From NCBI GenBank assembly GCA_025453445.1, contig JALOQJ010000003.1:23369-87368 (forward strand): a stretch of DNA of 64,000 bases. Direction: 5' to 3'. The position numbers and the translations under genes are program-made. The notes under the pieces were generated by a model. That model was given only the letters and a program-made list of their open reading frames with translations. It had not been told where the DNA came from and made no database searches. Origin of the DNA: Candidatus Omnitrophota bacterium (lineage in GTDB: Bacteria > Omnitrophota > Gorgyraeia > Gygaellales > Profunditerraquicolaceae). Each line of letters opens with the position of its first letter. Positions within the stretch are counted from its first letter, which is position 1. This document shows, piece by piece, positions 56,893 to 64,000 of the stretch.

Positions 56893-58912
56893 AACCAATA
56901 AGATCCTTTTTATTACTTTAAGCAATATCGGGGATGCAATCCTTACCCTGCCGGCGCTGGATGCCTTGATTGCGAATTTTCCTAAAGGAAAAATTACAGT
57001 GGTTTGCGGCCCACGGCCGAAAGAATTATTCATGCATAATCCGTATGTCAGTAAGTTGATTATTTTTGATAAACATTCCCGGATGCGCGAAAAAATTAGA
57101 TTGTTCCGGCAGTTAAAAAAAGAAAAATTCGATTTAGTTATAGACCTGCGCAATAGTTTATTCGGAGTAATGTTGGCCCCCTTATCTAGAATTCAGCCGC
57201 GCCTTGTGCTGTTGCAGAACAAAAAACATATGCAGGATAGCCACTTGTGTAAAACACAGGTAAAAGCTGGTTTAAAATCACCAAAGATATCTTTTTGTAT
57301 TAATGAGCAGGATAAGGCATATGCAAGAAGGATGCTTTCGGAAAGCGGAATTGCTGAGCATGACAAGTTGATTGTAATTGCCGCAGGCGCAAGAAGCCAT
57401 ATTAAGAGGTGGCCGCAGCATAAGTTTGTTGAATTGATTCCTTCTTTAATAGAGGAATTCAGAGCAAAAGTAGTTTTAGCCGGGGATAAAGATGATTCTG
57501 CGGTAAACAAATACATTGCTTCGCAACTTAAGCAACCGGTTTTGGATTTAAGCGGTAAGACTACACTTTCCCAGATGGCGGCTTTGTTAAGTGTAGCAGA
57601 TTTGCTTATTACTAATGACAGCGCTACTATGCATCTGGCAAGCTATCTTAATTTGCCGGTTGTGGCAATTTTCGGGCCGACTAATGAATTAAAATACGGG
57701 CCATGGTCCGAGAATAGCGCTGTTGTAAAAAAGGATATTCATTGCCGTCCCTGCGAAAAAGCCCAGTGTAGATTCGGCACTCTCAGATGTATGGAAGTCA
57801 TTCAGCCGGAAGATGTTTTGAATCAGGTAAGAAAAATATTAGACCAAAGACCAAAGACCGCAGACCAAAGACCAAAAGAAGAATTTAAGCGAATATTAGT
57901 TGTTAGGACGGACAGAATTGGCGATGTGGTGCTTTCAACCCCGGTAATTAAGGCTTTAAGGGTTAGTTATCCACAGGCATTTATCGCAATGATGGTTTCT
58001 CCATACGCCAAAGATATCTTAGACGGCAATCCTTATTTGGACGAGGTAATTACTTTTGATAAAGATAGGAAAGAAAAAAGTTGGTGGGGTTGTTTTAAAT
58101 TCAGCCACTTTTTAAAAAAGAAAAAATTTGATTTGGCGATTGTGCTGCATCCCACGCAGCGCGTGCATTTAGTTATCTTCCATTCCGGTATTCCCAAAAG
58201 AGTAGGCTACAACAATAAATATGGTTTTCTCCTGACGGATAAATTTGAACACACCAAGCAACGTGGAGAAAAGCATGAATTAGAATATAATCTTGATTTG
58301 ATTGAGCGCCTCGGCATTGAGCCAAAAGATAAATTGCCCTTTGTGGCGATAAAGCCGGAATCCGAGCAATGGGTGGAGGAACTTTTTGAAAAAGAAACAA
58401 TCCGTAAGGCAGACAAATTACTGGCAATTAACCCGGGCGCAAGCTGCCCGTCAAAAATCTGGCCGGCTGAGAGGTTTGCTGAAGCTGCGGATAAATTAGT
58501 TGCTAAATTCGGATTTAAAGTATTGGTTGTTTCCGGGTCACGCGAAACAGCCTTAGCAGAAAATGTTATCCGGTATATGCATAATAAACCGGTTAATCTT
58601 GCCGGCCGGACATCAGTAAGCCAGTTGGCAAGTATTTTAAAAAGATGCAGGCTTTTTATCTCTAATGATTCCGGGCCGGTGCATATTGCCACTGCTGTGG
58701 GTGTGCCGGTGATTTCTATTTTTGGCAGGGCGCAGGCAGGCCTAGGGCCGAAACGTTGGGGGCCTGTAGGAGAAAAGGGCCGCATTTTACATAAAACTGT
58801 CGGTTGCGTAGAATGCCTTGCCCATAACTGCACCAAAGGTTTTCTTTGCCTGAAGGCAATTACCGTTGATGATGTGTTGAGTTTGGCTACTTCCATAATG
58901 GAAGAAGCCTGA
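56885..58912 (+). CDS. Tandem double GT9 heptosyltransferase-like protein
   Basis: Two complete GT9 modules (KILFITLSNIGDAILTLPALDAL and RILVVRTDRIGDVVLSTPVIKAL) joined by a repeat-encoded linker DQRPKTADQRPKEE. Confidence 0.7.
   Translation: MNKTNKILFITLSNIGDAILTLPALDALIANFPKGKITVVCGPRPKELFMHNPYVSKLIIFDKHSRMREKIRLFRQLKKEKFDLVIDLRNSLFGVMLAPLSRIQPRLVLLQNKKHMQDSHLCKTQVKAGLKSPKISFCINEQDKAYARRMLSESGIAEHDKLIVIAAGARSHIKRWPQHKFVELIPSLIEEFRAKVVLAGDKDDSAVNKYIASQLKQPVLDLSGKTTLSQMAALLSVADLLITNDSATMHLASYLNLPVVAIFGPTNELKYGPWSENSAVVKKDIHCRPCEKAQCRFGTLRCMEVIQPEDVLNQVRKILDQRPKTADQRPKEEFKRILVVRTDRIGDVVLSTPVIKALRVSYPQAFIAMMVSPYAKDILDGNPYLDEVITFDKDRKEKSWWGCFKFSHFLKKKKFDLAIVLHPTQRVHLVIFHSGIPKRVGYNNKYGFLLTDKFEHTKQRGEKHELEYNLDLIERLGIEPKDKLPFVAIKPESEQWVEELFEKETIRKADKLLAINPGASCPSKIWPAERFAEAADKLVAKFGFKVLVVSGSRETALAENVIRYMHNKPVNLAGRTSVSQLASILKRCRLFISNDSGPVHIATAVGVPVISIFGRAQAGLGPKRWGPVGEKGRILHKTVGCVECLAHNCTKGFLCLKAITVDDVLSLATSIMEEA
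57841..57875. repeat. Tandem heptamer array AGACCAA x5 (one unit AGACCGC) encoding an inter-domain linker
   Basis: agaccaa agaccaa agaccgc agaccaa agaccaa. Confidence 0.75.
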
Positions 58913-58929
58913 TTTTCAGGGAGGCTAAG

Positions 58930-59481
58930 ATGCAGAAAAAATATTTATTTCTTTTAGTATGTTTTTTTGCGCTGACATTTTTTTTGTTCAGCTTTGCCAA
59001 GGATGTAATCTTAATGGAAGTATTTAGTCTGGACGACTGGAAGTGTAAGATGGCAACAGTCCTTTATGATAATATTACCCAGGAATTAAGGATGCAGAAA
59101 ACAGGTTTTACTCCGGGCTGGGGAAGTGCGAGATTAGAATTGGGTAAAATTAATGTTTCTGACCCGCAGGAAAATTACCTGAAGTTTGAGCCTTGGGATT
59201 TAAATGGCAATTATGCCCTGAATATACATTACGGCGGCAAAGCTCTTTACGACAGCCAGTATATAAAACTCCAGCATAAGACTGATATGACAGGTGATCG
59301 TAAATACAATGTCAGCGAGGCATTACGTTCAGCGGGCTTAAGCGGAACGCAGGAAATCCAGCTTGAATTTATCCTTTTTGATAATGATGACCAGCCCGGG
59401 CAGGCGCAGATAGTAATAAAGAATTTAGCTTTTGGCTATGATGATGATTTTGCCGTGAGCAAGCCGAAAATGGTTGATTAA
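58930..59481 (+). CDS. Hypothetical secreted protein
   Basis: Signal peptide MQKKYLFLLVCFFALTFFLFSFA. RBS GGGAGG. Confidence 0.5.
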   Translation: MQKKYLFLLVCFFALTFFLFSFAKDVILMEVFSLDDWKCKMATVLYDNITQELRMQKTGFTPGWGSARLELGKINVSDPQENYLKFEPWDLNGNYALNIHYGGKALYDSQYIKLQHKTDMTGDRKYNVSEALRSAGLSGTQEIQLEFILFDNDDQPGQAQIVIKNLAFGYDDDFAVSKPKMVD

Positions 59482-59514
59482 GCCGTATTTTATGTTAAAA
59501 TTAATCCACAATCT

Positions 59515-60450
59515 ATGCAGACGATTAATCTGAAAAAAATCAAGACTTATCCGCTTAAAAAACGCTCCAGCAAGGTGAAATTGAGTAATTTTGCCCATCC
59601 GCCGCTGCCGGGAAAAAGTTTTTCACGTTTTTTCCAATCCCTGCCTGATATCCTTAAAGCCAAAGATCTGCATGCTGTAGTTGATGCGGTAGTAAAGGCG
59701 CGCAAATCAGCTAAGCCGGTAATTTTAATGTGCGGGGCGCATGTAATTAAATGCGGTTTGAATCCGGTATTGATCGAATTAATCAGAAAGAGAATTATCA
59801 CCTGCCTTGCTTTGAACGGCGCCTGCGTTATTCATGATTTTGAACTGAGCTTACAGGGAGAGACATCCGAAGATGTCACGGAGAACTTAAAATACGGTAA
59901 GTTCGGCATGGGCAGGGAAACCGCGGATTTTATAAATTATGCGGTTAAAGATGGTGTTTTAGCCGGTTTTGGCATCGGCGAATCAGTGGCTAAGAAAATC
60001 GCTGATAGTAAATTACCGCATAAAAAATTAAGTTTAATTTATAATGCCTATAAGAATCATATACCGGTTAGCGTGCATGTGGCTATCGGCACTGACATTA
60101 TTCATCAGCACGCTTCTTTTGACGGATCAGCCACCGGCGAAGGCAGTATCCGCGATTTTTACCGGCTTACTGAATGCGTGCGCGGTTTAAATAACGGCGG
60201 AGTAGTATTGAATTTTGGGTCGGCTGTAATCATGCCGGAAGTTTTTTTAAAGGCGTTGAATTTGGCGCGTAATTTAGGTTTCCCGGTAAAAAATTTTACT
60301 ACCGCAAATTTTGATATGATTTATCAGTATCGCCCTGCTCAAAATGTAGTAATTCGTCCGGTCAGTTCAGGCGGTAAAGGTTATTATATTATCGGCCATC
60401 ACGAGATCATGCTGCCTTTACTGGCGCAGGCGATTATCGAAAAATTATGA
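59515..60450 (+). CDS. Hypothetical protein (in LPS/heptose cluster)
   Basis: 311-aa ORF translationally coupled to the hldE kinase gene. No motif confidently recognised. Confidence 0.5.
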   Translation: MQTINLKKIKTYPLKKRSSKVKLSNFAHPPLPGKSFSRFFQSLPDILKAKDLHAVVDAVVKARKSAKPVILMCGAHVIKCGLNPVLIELIRKRIITCLALNGACVIHDFELSLQGETSEDVTENLKYGKFGMGRETADFINYAVKDGVLAGFGIGESVAKKIADSKLPHKKLSLIYNAYKNHIPVSVHVAIGTDIIHQHASFDGSATGEGSIRDFYRLTECVRGLNNGGVVLNFGSAVIMPEVFLKALNLARNLGFPVKNFTTANFDMIYQYRPAQNVVIRPVSSGGKGYYIIGHHEIMLPLLAQAIIEKL

Positions 60451-61469
60451 GAAACCTGCAATCGATTATCCGTAAATTTCCCAAGGCAAAAGTATTGGTT
60501 GTCGGCGATTTAATCCTCGACCAGTATATCTGGGGCGATGTGGAAAGAGTTTCTCCGGAAGCGCCTGTGCCTGTAGTCTGGGCCAAAAATCGGACATATG
60601 TACCCGGCGGCGCAGCTAACGTTGCCAATAATATCCGTGCTTTAGACGGGGAGGTTTCCCTTCTGGGCGTAGTCGGCAGGGATATGCACGCGGAAATCCT
60701 GATAAAGGAATTAAAAAAAAGAAAAATCGATACCAAGGGCATCTTCACTGAGCCGCAAAGATGCACAATATTAAAAACCCGCGTGATTGCCGGGCATCAG
60801 CAGGTAGTGCGGGTAGATTGGGAGCATACTGAAGTTATCCGTAAAGAGACAGAAGATAAACTATCCAGTTTTATCGATAATAATATAAAAAATTTTGATG
60901 CGGTAATCATCGAAGATTACGGCAAAGGGCTCTTAAGCAATGTTTTATTAAGCAGGATTATTTCCCGGGCAAGACAGCTTAAGAAAATTATTACTGTTGA
61001 CCCCAAGCAGGACAATTTTGAACATTATTGGGGAGTTACCTGCATTACTCCGAATAAAAAAGAAGCGCAAAACGCAGTCAGGTATCTGAAAATGAAGGAT
61101 CAGACCAATCAGTTTCAGATTTACCATGACGCGTTAATTAATTTCAATGATATTGACCACGCGGGAAAAATGATCCTGCAATATCTTAACCTGGAATCTT
61201 TGTTGATTACACTGGGCGAGCAGGGGATGTTTTTATTCCAGAAAGATAAGTCAAGAATTCATATACCAACAGTAGCGCAGGAAGTTTTTGATGTTTCCGG
61301 CGCAGGCGATACAGTGATTGCTGCTTTTACTTTAGCGCTTGCCTGTGGTGCCAATAAAGAAGCAGCAGCGCACCTGGCAAATTTTGCTGCCGGGATTGTC
61401 GTCGGTAAATTAGGCACGGCAACAACCAGTAGAAAAGAATTATTAGAGAGGATAAGTAAATTAAGATGA
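60447..61469 (+). CDS. hldE: D-beta-D-heptose 7-phosphate kinase (RfaE domain I only; pfkB family)
   Basis: KVLVVGDLILDQYIWGDVERVSPEAPVPVV and C-terminal GAGDT motif. No fused adenylyltransferase domain. Confidence 0.8.
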   Translation: MRNLQSIIRKFPKAKVLVVGDLILDQYIWGDVERVSPEAPVPVVWAKNRTYVPGGAANVANNIRALDGEVSLLGVVGRDMHAEILIKELKKRKIDTKGIFTEPQRCTILKTRVIAGHQQVVRVDWEHTEVIRKETEDKLSSFIDNNIKNFDAVIIEDYGKGLLSNVLLSRIISRARQLKKIITVDPKQDNFEHYWGVTCITPNKKEAQNAVRYLKMKDQTNQFQIYHDALINFNDIDHAGKMILQYLNLESLLITLGEQGMFLFQKDKSRIHIPTVAQEVFDVSGAGDTVIAAFTLALACGANKEAAAHLANFAAGIVVGKLGTATTSRKELLERISKLR

Positions 61470-62212
61470 ATGTAATCGGTGTAATACCTGCGCGGTATTC
61501 TTCCACGCGTTTTGATGGCAAGGTGCTTGCGGATATTTCCGGCAAACCGATGCTGCAGCATGTTTGGGAACGCGCAAAACAAGCGGTTGCCCTGGACGAT
61601 TTAATTATCGCTTGTGATGACGAACGCGTAGCTAAAGCAGCTGAAGGCTTCGGCGCTAAAGTAATCATGACTGCTAAGGCGCATACATGCGGCACAGACC
61701 GGATTTGCGAAATCGTCAATTTCCTGGACGTAAACATTATCATTAACATTCAGGCTGATGAGCCTTTGATCCATCCGGTAATGATTGATACTGTAGCACG
61801 GGCATTATTGGATGATCAGTCAGTACCGATGGCAACCCTGATGAAAAAAATCTCGGATATTCAGGAGATTAATGACCCGCATGTGGTAAAAGTAGTGGTG
61901 GACAAAAATAATTTCGCCTTGTATTTTTCCCGCGCCAGTATCCCATACTTAGCTGTAAATTCTTCGGTCACTTCGCCTGTCTATTATAAGCATATCGGCC
62001 TCTACGGCTACACAAAGGATTTTTTGTTTACTTATAAAAACCTGCCGGTTTCTACTCTGGAGAGTATCGAGAAGCTCGAGCAACTGAGAGTGCTGCATGA
62101 AGGGTTAAAGATCAAGGTAATCGAGACTAAATACGAAACCATCGGCGTGGATACGCCGCATGATTTGGAAAAAGTTAAACTTTTTTTAAGCGGACAAATT
62201 CATAATGCATAA
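61466..62212 (+). CDS. kdsB: 3-deoxy-manno-octulosonate cytidylyltransferase
   Basis: MNVIGVIPARYSSTRFDGKVLADISGKPM. Confidence 0.85.
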   Translation: MNVIGVIPARYSSTRFDGKVLADISGKPMLQHVWERAKQAVALDDLIIACDDERVAKAAEGFGAKVIMTAKAHTCGTDRICEIVNFLDVNIIINIQADEPLIHPVMIDTVARALLDDQSVPMATLMKKISDIQEINDPHVVKVVVDKNNFALYFSRASIPYLAVNSSVTSPVYYKHIGLYGYTKDFLFTYKNLPVSTLESIEKLEQLRVLHEGLKIKVIETKYETIGVDTPHDLEKVKLFLSGQIHNA

Positions 62213-63017
62213 AGTTAAAGTTGGTAATTTAGAAGTTGGAGCAAAGAATAAGTTGGTTTTAATTGCCGGGCCGTGCGTGATTGAATCTGAAAGAATGACT
62301 CTTGAAACAGCAAAGAGGATTAAAGAAATTACGCAGAGAGTAGGTATTGGTTTTATTTTTAAATCCAGTTTTGACAAGGCAAACCGGCTTTCTCTTGATT
62401 CCTTCCGCGGGCCGGGGTTGAAAAAAGGCTTGGAAGTTTTAGCAAAAGTAAAAAAAGAATTAAAGGTGCCTATTCTTAGCGATATCCATTGCACGCGCGA
62501 TATCGATAAAGTAAAAGATGTTTTGGATATTATTCAGATCCCGGCATTTTTGTGCCGGCAGACCGATATTGTAGTTGCTGCAGCTCGAACAGGGAAAGTG
62601 ATAAATATTAAAAAGGGCCAATTCTTAGCGCCATGGGATATCCTGCCGATTATTAAAAAAGTTGAATCAACCGGCAATAAAAAAATCATTATTACCGAGC
62701 GCGGGGTTTCTTTCGGCTATAATAATCTGGTGACTGATTTCAGGGGTTTAAAGATTATGCAGGATTTTGGTTATCCGGTAATTTATGATGCTACACATAG
62801 CGTGCAGCTTCCCGGAGGCAAGGGCAATTGTTCCGGAGGCCAGCGGGAATTTATCGCCGGCTTAACCCGTGCAGCAGTTGCTTTTGGCTGCGATGGATTA
62901 TTTTTAGAAGTGCACCCTTCGCCGGATAAGGCGCTTTGCGACGGAGCGAACATGGTTGCTTTGAAAGACCTGGAAAAATTACTTATGCAAGTGAAGAAAG
63001 TCGGGGCAGCATTATGA
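62205..63017 (+). CDS. kdsA: 2-dehydro-3-deoxyphosphooctonate aldolase (Kdo8P synthase)
   Basis: LVLIAGPCVIESE, DAHP-synthase-I fold. Confidence 0.85.
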   Translation: MHKVKVGNLEVGAKNKLVLIAGPCVIESERMTLETAKRIKEITQRVGIGFIFKSSFDKANRLSLDSFRGPGLKKGLEVLAKVKKELKVPILSDIHCTRDIDKVKDVLDIIQIPAFLCRQTDIVVAAARTGKVINIKKGQFLAPWDILPIIKKVESTGNKKIIITERGVSFGYNNLVTDFRGLKIMQDFGYPVIYDATHSVQLPGGKGNCSGGQREFIAGLTRAAVAFGCDGLFLEVHPSPDKALCDGANMVALKDLEKLLMQVKKVGAAL

Positions 63018-63979
63018 AAAATACCATTAAACGCGCAAGAGAAGTTTTTGATATCGAGGCTGAGGCAATCAAGGCATTAAAGCCACGGGTGGGTGCCAAT
63101 TTTAATAAAGCAGTAGATTTATTGTTCAAAACAAAAGGCAGAGTAGTAGTCAGCGGTATGGGCAAAACCGGTATTATTGCCCAGAAATTTTCCGCTACTC
63201 TTGCTTCAACCGGTACTCCGAGTTTATTTTTGCATTCTGCTGAAGCATCGCATGGAGATTTAGGTAAGGTTACGGTTCAGGATGTGGTAATTGTAGTTTC
63301 TAATAGCGGCGGGACCGCGGAGATAAAACAGCTTCTGCCGCTTTTAAAAAAAATCGGCTGCAGAATTATTGCCATTACCGGCAATATTAAATCAGAGTTA
63401 GCCAAATACAGTGACTGTTTGTTGGATGTATCGGTGAAAAAAGAAGCCTGTCCCTTGGGCTTGGCTCCGACTGCATCTACCACTGCGACATTGGCAATGA
63501 CAGATGCTTTAGCAGTTTGCCTGTTAGAATTAAAAGGCTTTAAAGAGAAAGATTTTGCTTTTTATCATCCGGGCGGGGCGCTGGGCAGGAAATTATTGCT
63601 TAAAGTTGAAGATATTATGCGCAAAGGCAGAGAAAACCCGATCGTAAATGAAAACCAGAAAGTATCCCAAGTGCTTTTAAAAATTACTCAGGCGCGCGCA
63701 GGAAGCGCTTCAGTTGTTAATAAGCAGGGAAAGCTGACAGGTATTTTTACCGACGGTGATTTACGCAGGCATCTGGAGACAGACCCTAACCTTGCGCGGC
63801 GCTGCGTTAATGAAGTAATGACCCATCATCCTACTGCGGTGCATCCGGAAATGCTTGCAGCTGAAGCAATGTGTGTTATGAAAGAGAAGAAGATTGATGA
63901 ATTGCCTGTAGTGGACAGTTGCGCGCATCCGGTAGGGTTGTTGGATGTACAGGATATCCTGAAAGCCGGATTAGTATAG
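63014..63979 (+). CDS. kdsD: Arabinose-5-phosphate isomerase (SIS + CBS)
   Basis: SIS motif VVVSGMGKTGIIAQK and C-terminal CBS pair. ATG at 63014 overlaps the kdsA stop. Confidence 0.85.
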   Translation: MKNTIKRAREVFDIEAEAIKALKPRVGANFNKAVDLLFKTKGRVVVSGMGKTGIIAQKFSATLASTGTPSLFLHSAEASHGDLGKVTVQDVVIVVSNSGGTAEIKQLLPLLKKIGCRIIAITGNIKSELAKYSDCLLDVSVKKEACPLGLAPTASTTATLAMTDALAVCLLELKGFKEKDFAFYHPGGALGRKLLLKVEDIMRKGRENPIVNENQKVSQVLLKITQARAGSASVVNKQGKLTGIFTDGDLRRHLETDPNLARRCVNEVMTHHPTAVHPEMLAAEAMCVMKEKKIDELPVVDSCAHPVGLLDVQDILKAGLV

Positions 63980-64000
63980 TAGCCTGCCGCCACCCTTAAT

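Overview
This 64-kb window appears to be chromosomal DNA from an AT-rich diderm (LPS-producing) bacterium. It is almost entirely + strand, densely packed and often translationally coupled. From 5' to 3' it contains: a partial Rnf complex operon (rnfC-G-D-E-A-B); purN; ftsH plus a lipoprotein on the - strand; eno with an ftsB-like gene; an initiator-like tRNA-Met; an orphan sensor histidine kinase; two secreted proteins; a large purine operon (purB, purSL, a LOG-family gene, purQ, a PurF-like gene, purM, an SPFH gene, a small Gly-rich zinc-ribbon gene, purD, purE); a ywlC/ywlE-rpiB-glyA block; dCMP deaminase, nrdR, cca, greA; a Macro-NUDIX fusion; a Ski2-like helicase (- strand); aroC, spoVG, aroK; a small island flanked by inverted copies of a ~210-bp repeat; dprA-topA-xerC/D; and a long LPS core/Kdo cluster (waaA, lpxK, an lpxL-Elm1 fusion, several GT4/GT9 glycosyltransferases including fusions, a deacetylase, an hldE kinase domain, kdsB, kdsA, kdsD). 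Superimposed on this housekeeping backbone are several unexplained repeat systems. (1) A GC-rich MITE-like element with terminal inverted repeats occurs in three copies; two copies bracket a 2-gene cassette, and the element shows stem-preserving covariation suggestive of a structured RNA. (2) Tandem heptanucleotide arrays (YTCAGCY, AGACCAA, AGTAG) occur at several loci and are inserted in-frame into rnfC, purL, a GT4 gene and a GT9-GT9 linker. (3) Three 32-34-bp perfect palindromes are centred on GTTTAAAC. (4) A CCCCGCCCTTC/GAAGGGCGGGG inverted-repeat family occurs at three gene junctions. No CRISPR array, rRNA, transposase or phage genes were seen. All family assignments rest on motif recognition by eye and need confirmation by database searches.
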